Source: Candidatus Omnitrophota bacterium (GTDB taxonomy: Bacteria; Omnitrophota; Gorgyraeia; 2-02-FULL-51-18). From it: a DNA stretch of 64,000 nucleotides. Shown here piece by piece: positions 21,202 through 30,800 of this stretch. The stretch is taken from NCBI GenBank assembly GCA_945877765.1, contig CAMDWQ010000001.1, forward strand, positions 22,253-86,252, in the 5' to 3' direction. The position numbers were made by a program, and so were the translations under genes. The first letter of the stretch is position 1. Every line of letters begins with the position of its first letter. The notes beneath the pieces are model-generated. The model was not told the origin of the DNA, made no database searches, and saw nothing but the letters and a program-made list of their open reading frames with translations.

Positions 21202-22028
21202 GGCGTCATTCTTCCCCAAACTTTATTTTTTGTCTTTGGGGGATTCGCATTGGCGGAAGCGTCTTGAGAAAAGGCTCTATTTTTTCCCTGAGTTTTGGCT
21301 TGAAAAAGTGCCTTGTCGATTGTCTCAATAAATAAATTTTTATCGGTATCGGTGAGATCGTCAAAAAAATGCACTCCCATACTAACGGTGACTTTGATCG
21401 CCCGGTTCTTGACTTTAAACTCATGCTTAGCCATTGTTTTTTTAATGCGCTCAGCCACCACATGACCTGTCTCCAGTGTCGCTTCTGGCAACACGATCAA
21501 AAATTCATCCCCGCCGTACCTCCCCAAAATATCAATCGTGCGGATGCTGTGATCAAAAACTTTCGCTGACTCCTTGAGCACATAATCACCCAATAGATGC
21601 CCGTATTTGTCGTTGTACTTTTTAAAATCATCGATATCAATCATGATGCCAACGAGCGTGTGTTTGTACCGCCGGGCCCGCTCGATTTCTTTTTCAATTT
21701 CCTGGAGAATGTGACGCCGATTGTAAAAGCCGGTCAATTCATCAATGATGGATTGTTCCTTTAAAAATACATTTACTTCTTCGAGAGTTTGCTTCTGTTT
21801 GTAAAATTTGTCCAACAAGCCTCCCGAAAAAACCCCGAATAAGGCAAACACCGCTGGCGTTGATACGCCCATGTAGGCATAAAAAAAGAAATGGTGGCGA
21901 AGTTCATGGCTTAGCCACGCCAAGTTAAAAGGCGGATTCATTAGGGCATGCAAACACACCGCTCCCAGGGGCGCTCCCAGGCCCAAAAGAAAACCGCTAA
22001 CGGCGTAGTTGTGACGATGTAGACTCAT
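21198..22028 (-). CDS. Membrane-anchored diguanylate cyclase
   Basis: Two TM helices; [15 protein letters not shown]-site, GRYGGDEF. Confidence 0.92.
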   Translation of the reverse strand: MSLHRHNYAVSGFLLGLGAPLGAVCLHALMNPPFNLAWLSHELRHHFFFYAYMGVSTPAVFALFGVFSGGLLDKFYKQKQTLEEVNVFLKEQSIIDELTGFYNRRHILQEIEKEIERARRYKHTLVGIMIDIDDFKKYNDKYGHLLGDYVLKESAKVFDHSIRTIDILGRYGGDEFLIVLPEATLETGHVVAERIKKTMAKHEFKVKNRAIKVTVSMGVHFFDDLTDTDKNLFIETIDKALFQAKTQGKNRAFSQDASANANPPKTKNKVWGRMTP

Positions 22029-22112
22029 AAGATTGGCATAAAATTTATTTTATCATAAAACGAAATCATACAAGACAGCCTGAAAGTATTCTGGTATATT
22101 GTGTGACCTAGA

Positions 22113-22188
22113 GGGCCTGTAGCTCAGTTGGTAGAGCGCCTCCATGGCATGGAGGAGGCCAGCGGTTCGAGACCGCTCAGGTCCACCA
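22113..22188 (+). tRNA. tRNA-Ala(GGC)
   Basis: Cloverleaf, G3:U70 pair, anticodon stem cctcc/ggagg with GGC, GGTTCGA T-loop, encoded CCA. Confidence 0.97.
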
Positions 22189-22207
22189 AATTCTTTATTA
22201 CCCTCTT

Positions 22208-22291
22208 GCCGAAGTGGCGGAACTGGCATACGCGTCGGTCTCAAAATCCGATCCCCTTACGGGGTTGTGGGTTCAACTCCCACCTTCGGTA
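22208..22291 (+). tRNA. tRNA-Leu(CAA)
   Basis: Acceptor gccgaag/cttcggt+A, anticodon loop ctCAAaa, long variable arm cccc-ttac-gggg, GGTTCAA; CCA not encoded. Confidence 0.95.
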
Positions 22292-22300
22292 CTCTTTTTT

Positions 22301-23071
22301 TTAAATACCACCTATCAGAGCTCCCACAAGCCCGATAGATAGAGCACCCGCCAATGCCGCAAAAATGGTGTTGCGCGGGTGATGCTTAAGCACCTCACTT
22401 AAAAGCGCATGCGTTACCAAAAATATAAAGCCCCCTCCCACATGCCCAAGCACATAACCAATCCAGCGAGAGGAAGACGGCAGTAAAAATAGGATCCCCA
22501 CAATACCGCCGGCAACTGTGGTTAATGTCTCCAGAAGAAAACTTAAGAAAAAAGCCCGCAGACGTCTCATCCCCGATCCGATGGCTACCAGCGTCAGCGC
22601 TAGACCCTCCGGAAGCTTATGAAAAGCTACCGCCAAAAGAACAAAAACGCCGACTTTTGATCCGCTGAGATAACCACTGTAAATGGCTAGCCCATCCATA
22701 AAACTGTGAACCGAGAGTGCCACCACCATCGAAAGGGTAATGGCTTTAAAATTTACCTCGGTATGGGTGGCTGAGCAAGCCGGGCAAACGTGAAAAACAA
22801 ATTTTGTGATCCCCCAAAATAAAAGATAGCCCGTCAAAAAACTAACAGCGGCACTCGCGGCACCCACAAGCTCCACGGTCTCCGGCCAGAGCTCTAGAAT
22901 TGCCACTGCCAGAAGCGCTCCAGCGGCAAATGAAATCAATAGGCATAATCGTTGATGGCTTATTTTTTTAAAACTAACGGCAATGATGGCACCGAGCGTC
23001 GCCATGAAGCAGGCAAGAACCAGTCTTAAGCCGATAAGCTGCCACACATCCATTCCAAATAAATTTCTCAT
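22301..23071 (-). CDS. ZIP family metal transporter
   Basis: FAAGALL, HSFMDG, HKLPEG; loop HVCPACSATH. Confidence 0.88.
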   Translation of the reverse strand: MRNLFGMDVWQLIGLRLVLACFMATLGAIIAVSFKKISHQRLCLLISFAAGALLAVAILELWPETVELVGAASAAVSFLTGYLLFWGITKFVFHVCPACSATHTEVNFKAITLSMVVALSVHSFMDGLAIYSGYLSGSKVGVFVLLAVAFHKLPEGLALTLVAIGSGMRRLRAFFLSFLLETLTTVAGGIVGILFLLPSSSRWIGYVLGHVGGGFIFLVTHALLSEVLKHHPRNTIFAALAGALSIGLVGALIGGI

Positions 23072-23154
23072 TAAATTAATAGTTTCATCCGATAGGTTTT
23101 AAAAAGTGGGCAAAAAAATGACGTGCTAAACTTTCCTTAAGAAAGAAACAAGAC

Positions 23155-23340
23155 TTATTTTTTCTTATTCTTAATAGTGGCTTCAGCCCGAAGCCAGTCT
23201 TCTGCATCAAAACCATCTTGGCATCCACGATCGACAAAAAATTGATAAGCTAGCGCCGCAATCTGCGCTTGATCATTTTCCTGAGAAGCCAGGTTCACTT
23301 TAGATGCATTTTTTAATTGTGGGGAAGCAATTTTAGCCAT
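23155..23340 (-). CDS. DUF2934 family small protein
   Basis: IAALAYQFFVDRGCQDGFDAEDWLRAE signature. Confidence 0.85.
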   Translation of the reverse strand: MAKIASPQLKNASKVNLASQENDQAQIAALAYQFFVDRGCQDGFDAEDWLRAEATIKNKKK

Positions 23341-23364
23341 TGTTTGATCTCCATTTGATAATTG

Positions 23365-23418
23365 ATTCTACTCCAAAAGAGCGGGAGGTGACAATATTAT
23401 TTTGTTGGCAAAATAATA
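23365..23418 (-). promoter_or_regulatory. Promoter with an adjacent 10-bp perfect inverted repeat
   Basis: TTGTCA-N18-TAGAAT on the minus strand; tattattttg-ttgg-caaaataata at 23395-23418 abuts the -35 box. Confidence 0.45.
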
Positions 23419-23492
23419 ACGTATTGGAAAATTTTTATGTGGGGCCATATTCTTTGACTTGTTTATTTAATTTATATCTCGTCCTTTAGGTT

Positions 23493-24530
23493 CTAATTTC
23501 TTACTTTTTTTGACGGCAATTTCGACTCTAATTCACTTTCCATCTCTTCAACCGTAGGTAATTTTGACAATAACTTTCCCTTTATCTTCTGAGTCAAAAT
23601 ATAATTGCTTATGCCCATCGGCTTTTTAATATCTCTCAGGGAATACTCCGCTTCGATTTTATCTTTATACCTGCACAGTATCAGCCCTATTGACGGATTA
23701 TCATCTGGGCGTTTCAACAAAGAATCAACCGCAGATAAATAAAAATTGAGCTTTCCCGCGTACTCCGGCTTAAATCTTCCGGCCTTTAATTCAATAACCA
23801 CATAACAACGCAAATCCAAATGATAGAACAACAGGTCAATAAAATACTCGTTGCCAGATATCTCCAGCCTATACTGCCTGCCCACAAAAGCAAATCCCTT
23901 GCCAAGCTCAAGCAGGAAAGACGTTATTTGTTTAGTCAGATTCTGTTCGATCTCTCTTTCCTGGGCACTGTCTCCAAGTTCCAAAAAATCAAATAAATAT
24001 GGATCCTTAACAGCCTGTCGCGCAAGATCCGATTGAGGCGGCGGTAATGTCCGGGAGAAATTATTCAGCGCTTTGCCTCTTCTATCACAATACCCATTTT
24101 CTATCTGCATCTCAAGTATGTCCCTTGACCATCCATTCTGCAAAGCCGCGGAAGCATACGCAAGAGCGGTATCAACTTTACGCATTTTAGCCAAAATTAC
24201 ACGATTGTGCCCCCATGGTATTTGTGCCACAGGCTGTGGCACAATTTCAAACTTTGAAGAATAGAATAGATACCACTGCCTTATGGCGTAAAGGTTCCTA
24301 CGGGAAAAACCTTTCATCCCGGAAAAGTCTTTTTTAAGATCGGCTGCCAGCCGCTCAACAAGCCCATCGCCCCAGGAAGCCTCGGACTGTTTCTTGATTA
24401 TTTCTTTGCCTATATCCCAGTAAAGTTCCATAAGCGTCTGCGAAAGCCCCTGAGCAGCCCTTAAGCGAGCGGAAATAATCTTCTGCTTTAAATCAGCAAG
24501 CCATTTTATATAATCGCGTGATATCTTCAC
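23493..24530 (-). CDS. YhcG/DUF1016 PD-(D/E)xK nuclease family protein
   Basis: LYWDIG, GFSRRNL, IPWGHN, KDPYLFDFL, FLLELGKGFAFVGRQ, YVVIELK, IGLILC. Confidence 0.93.
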   Translation of the reverse strand: MKISRDYIKWLADLKQKIISARLRAAQGLSQTLMELYWDIGKEIIKKQSEASWGDGLVERLAADLKKDFSGMKGFSRRNLYAIRQWYLFYSSKFEIVPQPVAQIPWGHNRVILAKMRKVDTALAYASAALQNGWSRDILEMQIENGYCDRRGKALNNFSRTLPPPQSDLARQAVKDPYLFDFLELGDSAQEREIEQNLTKQITSFLLELGKGFAFVGRQYRLEISGNEYFIDLLFYHLDLRCYVVIELKAGRFKPEYAGKLNFYLSAVDSLLKRPDDNPSIGLILCRYKDKIEAEYSLRDIKKPMGISNYILTQKIKGKLLSKLPTVEEMESELESKLPSKKVRN

Positions 24531-24550
24531 AAATCACCCCTATAGAAATC

Positions 24551-24628
24551 CTATACATTAACCTCTATCACTCGCGTCGTATCATTCTCAAAAGTACCCA
24601 CCACCTTCACAGCGATCTTCCGTCGACC
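24551..24628 (-). pseudogene. C-terminal remnant of a Mod-type DNA methyltransferase
   Basis: Reads GRRKIAVKVVGTFENDTTRVIEVNV*, resembling the KIAVKVVDIFGND C-terminus of type III-like Mod proteins; frame closed 8 codons upstream. Confidence 0.5.
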
Positions 24629-24807
24629 AAAAGCGATACCATTGGCGCATTAGCTCCAGATTACATAAGATGATTCTACAAAGAGGTGGAAGAAAAGCAA
24701 AGATAAACAATTGTCTCTTAAAAAATTGAAGCCGAAAAAGAGCCTAAAAAAAAGCCAGCCACAGGAGGGTGTGGAGTTTAAATTAAATCAAAAATTAACG
24801 GTGTGTC

Positions 24808-27800
24808 TTACGCCGCCTGCAATGCCATTTTGATCATCAAGCTATAGGTCTGTATCATTTCCTCGACCGCAAGCTTCATGACGGGTGGGAGGGCAAATTG
24901 CTGGAGGATTTTTAAGTCTTCCAGAAGACCCTTTAAGGCATTGATGAAATCAGGCAGGTCTTTGGGTTTAAATTCACGTCCTAATTGTTTTTGGTAGGCT
25001 TGGTAGAATTGGACAAAATAAGGATTGCTGATGCTTAGCTCTTCCAGACGGGCTTCGAAGCTAGCGAGAGTGAGAGTGGCGGGATTAAGTACGCCTCTTT
25101 CGCCAAGATCAAGAAGATAGAGAAAGCGTGTCTTGCTATTGGGCTGGTGTCTTCTGGTAGATGAGGTGACATAGACTCGCTCTGCTTTTTGATAGGTTAC
25201 TTGTAGTTCACTAAAATTTAGAACCATGAGATCTTTTTCTGTGGGGTAAAGCCTCTTTGCCTCTTTAAGCATCGCGCGGGCCTGATGACCCACGACGACA
25301 TACCTGACAAATTTGCCCCCGGGAGTGCGTCTTTCATTGTGAAGCTGGGCCACTAGAAGCTGGATGGCTAATTGAGTTACGTTTCCTTGGGGAAGCACGG
25401 CATTGGTGTTTAAAATGACCACTGCGGGCTCATTGATGAAGGATTCGGGCACATTCGCATAGAGCGTGCGGGCTTCGCGGGCGGCTTCTTCCATGATGAG
25501 CCTATAGTCGGCCAGCGACATGGTGGCGGTGGTTTGGTTGCCTTTGCGCCTTATTTTGATTTTTCTAGCGCCAATGGCTATGCCCCTGTCGGCCAAGCCA
25601 TAAAGAATTGCCTTTCCATCATCCCGGAAGACTATTTGAATGACGGAGGAGCCGATGGCGATTTGTTTATTTTCATGGACGTTTTGGGTGGTAATGACTT
25701 GGGCGATGAAGGTAATGACTTCGCCTTTTTGAATATTCACCACGGGATGGCCTTGGGTTAGCTCTAAGTTGAGTGGTCTGGGACGCCGAGCAGGGACTCT
25801 GGAAGTGGGAACGCGTTCTAGGGTTGTGGTGGCGAGGCGGGCGGCATTGGGCTTCGCCAGTCTCGCGCCATCCAACACTGTACCCCCCGTACTGTTTTTT
25901 TCTCTGATCACGTGGGCTGCGGGACTCCCAATAATATTCTTCCCCCGCTCAATGGATTCGCGAATGGTTGTAATCGGTCGGACCTGTAGAACAACAATTC
26001 GGTCATCTGCGTCCAAAGACCACTCCATGTCGATCTGAGTCCCAAAATATTCAGATAGCTTGTAAACCACTTCGGCAACCGCTTGAAGTTGTTGTTCATT
26101 GAGTGCTGGCTCAAGAGCTTGTGCGTTAGGTTCCACCTTATAGCCTCCCTGCGGCCCCAGATCTAGCAGAACCTGTTCGGTTTTAACACCTACATGAGAG
26201 TCAAGAAGTTCATATCTTCCCGAAGCGCTTGTTGTTTTTGAAAATAGATACGAATCCGGATCCTTGACAGTTTGATCCACCAGCCCTTTGGCTAACCCAT
26301 GGGCCGCATCCACTCGTATGTGATCGGCTCTCTGTTGGGCAGGATCAGCGCTGAAAGCAACGCCGGACGCTTTTGGGTTAATCATCTCATCCACCAAAAT
26401 ACTCTCAGCCCCGGATAACCAAACATCGACAACAGCTCTTGAAAGGGCCTGAATTCCGAATACGTTAAGTTTGGTCTCCTTCATTCCCGCCATCGCTTCA
26501 TCAACGCTATCTTCTTTCAATCCCGAAGAGCGCACAGCAACCGCCCCAAGCACTTTCATAGAATTCCCGATGGAACGAGAAACATCACTTGTTTCATACT
26601 TAAGTAGCAACAACTCCACTGAATCTCGCAGACTTAAAATTAAGCCATCGATAGAATGAAGCTCCTGGCTTCTTTGAAGATTTTGCTTAAACTTTAAAAT
26701 TTTAGTCTTAACTTCTGTTTTAAATTTAACTGACGTTCTTTCGTCAATGGCTATCAACCTCTCAAGATTGTTTAATTGCTTCACTGTCAAATCGCGGTAG
26801 GCAAAAGCTAGGTTGGCTTGAAGCTTAAGATCAATGCCTTTGCTTTCTTCGATTTTTTCTTGCAAGGCAGCGGAGATCTTCCAAGATTTTTCAGCTAGAT
26901 TTCCGGTATCGATTAAAGCATTTAATGATTGGTTTGCCTTTGACGTTAGTTCAAAAATATCGGCCGGGCCTTTCGCGTCTCTCACCTTGTCTACAAAACC
27001 ACTAATGGCCTGGTGGATATCAATCCTAAGATCCGCGGAAGTCTCTTCATCTGTTTTAATTAATTCCAGAATACCTGAAAAAATCGTATTCAACTGCCGC
27101 TGCCAATCATTGGCATATTCATCAATCCCTGTCATGCCCTCAAGAGAATTTAGTTCTTCAGGGTGCTCGCGAACCCTCCAAAGAAAATACTCAGTTGGCT
27201 GAATGACGAATCCTTCGGGAGTCGCGACTTGCACCGAGGAATCTATCAAGCCCCTTTCTTGAAGTTGTTTTACCGCGTAGGTTGTCTCGGCAGAATTACT
27301 ACCTTTCCCCCCTGCGATGGGCCTTGAAAAACGGTCTTTTAAATTTTCTTTCCAGACAACACCGCGGCCTTGAAGTTCTTTGATTTCGTCTTCGCGCGCT
27401 TTTTTGAGAGCGTCAATTTTAAGTTTTATTACCAAGATTTTTTCTTTGATGGTGGAGTCGCCTTCCTCACCGGTCATACCGGCAAGCTCTAACTTATTCC
27501 AAAAACTTAGAAGCACCGGCAGTTCAGATCCGCTTAACTCGACGACTGCACTTTCAACCTCAGCCGATATCTCTTTTCTGGCCGCACCAAGCCATTCCCG
27601 GCCCTTTTCGATCATCTCTGCCCTGGAGGATTGCAGCATCATCGCGGTAAATGGGTGCTTCCAATCTCCGTTTGCCGCCAGCATCGTCCGGTCAAGACGC
27701 TCTGCTTGCTTCATTAGTTTATCGGCTTCCAAAAATACTTGCTCAAAATCGTATCGTCTGGCATATTTTTTTTGTTCTATATATTGATGAAATTTTTTCA

Positions 27801-30800
27801 AATCTGCCTGAAATTGGTCGATCAATTCTCCCGCCTGACTTCTCACAAATTCCAAAATTGTGCTTCTTATGACTGGGTTTTCTGAAAGTTGGGTCAATAA
27901 GGACTCGATGCTATCGGACGGAAGTACCGCGCCTCCCAAAATTTGATCCAACAGCGCTCTCACCAGGTTCTGATTTGAGATCCTAGAAATAATATTCCCC
28001 AGAATATTCACGTCTTTGGGTAGAATCTCATAGGATGCTTTCGTTTCCATTCTTTCCTTCCACATCAAGTACTCCGTATACTTTATGACCGTTTCACCAC
28101 TCAAGTCATCGGCTCCCGCAATAAAATAAAGGGTGCCTTGATTAGCGTCTAAATAGACCAAATCTCCATCATGAACCTCACAGGTAGTTTGTTTTGCGTC
28201 AGCTATCGCATGAAATACTATTTCTTTTCCACCAACCTCTATCTTCATCTCTGTTGTATCGGCGGTATAAGTCTTAAAGCGCAGGACTTGGTTATGCACT
28301 GAAGCTCCATTAAAAATAACAGCGGGCTTTCGATTTTCACGCGCCCGTATAGCCGCATGAGATAATGAGCCGCCTGTAGTAATCGCAACTCCGTTTGCGG
28401 CGGCAATGCTCGGATCATCCTCATTGTCGGTATAGTCGGCAATCAAAATTCCGTTTTTAAACTCGTCCGCACTTCTTCCTGTTTGCTTAAATCGGGCAAA
28501 ACCGATCGCCTTGCCAAGATTCAAACGCACTCCACCCAAAGAAACTGCGCTGATACCACGCCTTTGATTTGGTCTTTCCAATAATTGCTTTTTTTTAAAT
28601 GGTCCCGTCATACGATTTAATAGATGCTCATTAGAAATAGCAGAAAAAATACCCCGTGCCCCGTCAGGACTATTGGCTGCTCCAGCCAAACGAGCCCCGC
28701 TCATCTGGACGGCAAGCGACTCAAACCATTCCCGAAATGCGCTAGTGGAGGCAAAGCCTTGCGGCAACAAGAGCTCTTCTAAGTCATAGGGACTAAGCTT
28801 GTTATTAACTAATTCTCTTTTCCGGAATAAATCATATCTCCGTTGATTCATAAAAAATTCTCCCAAAATTGCCGTACCCAGAACAAACTGGGAAGATTTC
28901 GTGTCTTTCAAGACATAAAACGTGATCTGATCTCCTAAAGCAGCAAGCTTCAATTCTTCGACAAGATAAGGACCGACTTCTCCGATGGTCGTGCGAGAAC
29001 AAAAAGATTGGAGTGATCGAGCAATCGCCGCCACCTGACGCATGTAAATAATCTGAAGTTGGTCGGCTTTGTAGGCGGCCTCGATTAGCCGAGCGACTGG
29101 GAAGTTACGAGCCGAAGCTTCTTGGTAAGCAGCATCAAATTTATAATTCCCATCATCAATCACAACTAACGCTCCTCTAGAAATGAGAGTCTGGATGCCG
29201 TGACTGATAAAATCCATCATCCTTTGACCGCTTGGCATACCATCAGGCACTTCTATCCCAAGAGCCACGGCCAGTGCTTCTACTTGTTTGACAGCGGCCG
29301 GCAGTGGCGTCGGCACCATCACCGAATCTTTATCGCTTCGCAAGAGATAACCATTGGCGACGAATTCAGAAGTTAGGTCCGAAGCATTTACATGGGGGGA
29401 GCGATTAATAGCGAGGTCAAGATCGAGAGTTGAAGTAACCACTTGTACTGCAAAATTCAGCTTCTCGGGAAGATCCGCTATAGAGGATGCGCCATGATCT
29501 TTATCAAAAACTGCTTCCATATGATATCCATCCCTGCTGACCATAAAACCAGCCGCTTCAAACGCATCACAAATACTTCTAAAACGCGTGCTGTTACCAG
29601 GCTCATAGATTTTCTCGATATTATCCATATAGCTCACCAAAATTCGGCCCTCCTCCTGGACAGGCAGAAGCGAAAAATGGATGGCCGCGCTATGAAGACC
29701 CAGCTTAAGACCGATCAACGCTGTATTTTCATCCGCCATGACAAGAGCGTTGGAGGGATCGAAAAAACGTGAATTCTTATGCCTTAATTGATTCAGCGAA
29801 AAAGCCTGGGTAACAGCAAGAACCGCTATTGAGTGCTCTTGCTGTGGTTTTTGTCGAGCGTCGAGATATTTGACATTGACCTGGGTCCTCGAGTCAGCAG
29901 AGCTGACCATACACGTAGACACTCTCTGGCTCCCACCGGAGGGCATAACACCTCCCAGATTTCTCACACCTTTTTGATGGACAATGTTGATTAGTTCGGC
30001 GAAGGAAACGGCTTCATCACTAATCGGCGTTCCACTACCGATAAAAGCTATGTAGTCACCCAAATTGATACTCCTAACTCGGGTCTCGTAACCCTCGGCA
30101 GGGGCAACCGTCAGCCGAGAGGATTTTTTAGAATCAAACAACTGCATCATTGCTTCAATGGATGGTTGGATAGCGTGTGCTTTTCCAGGAAGCGACCGAA
30201 GACTGTCCATAGCACCCTCTACTTCATGCCGGATATTTAAAAATAACTTTGCGATGGACCTCCCCCCTTGAAGATCTGACGATTCCTTGGCAATAGAATC
30301 CAAACTTTTCCCAGGAGGCTGCCCCTTGAAAAGCACCTCGTAAGACAGCACCATCAACTGCATGGTATCTAACAAAGCTAAAATATCCTCCGGAGACTTG
30401 TTGGGCTTGCCAAGTTTTTGCAGGACCTCAGAATTTAGTTTTTCAAAATCGCGGTACATGGCCATGACTCGTTGCGCCTCAGGGTTAGCCGTCGGGGTAT
30501 CTACCATTGGCACAAAAGCGTATTCGACGGGTATAACACGTCCCGTATGGTAGTCAATTTCCCGATGTAAAAAAGAACTCAATTGTTTGAAATCTGGTTT
30601 TCCATAAACCTGTGGAACGGGAACATTTCTATTTAACTTGCCGTAAATTTCTGAAAGAGCCAAGAGGGCTTGTTCGCTTCCGTTGTTAACTTTTGTCTTT
30701 AGAATTAGATAGATTTCAGCTTGTTGAGGAGAATTTAAAAAGACGTAGGCGGCGCCTAGGGCTAGGAGGACGACTCCATTCCCGCTGTTAACTTGTGCCT

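Noticed and set aside
22113-22291. tRNA as integration site for the 23.5-36 kb accessory region
   Set aside because: No integrase and no duplicated tRNA 3' end seen in the window
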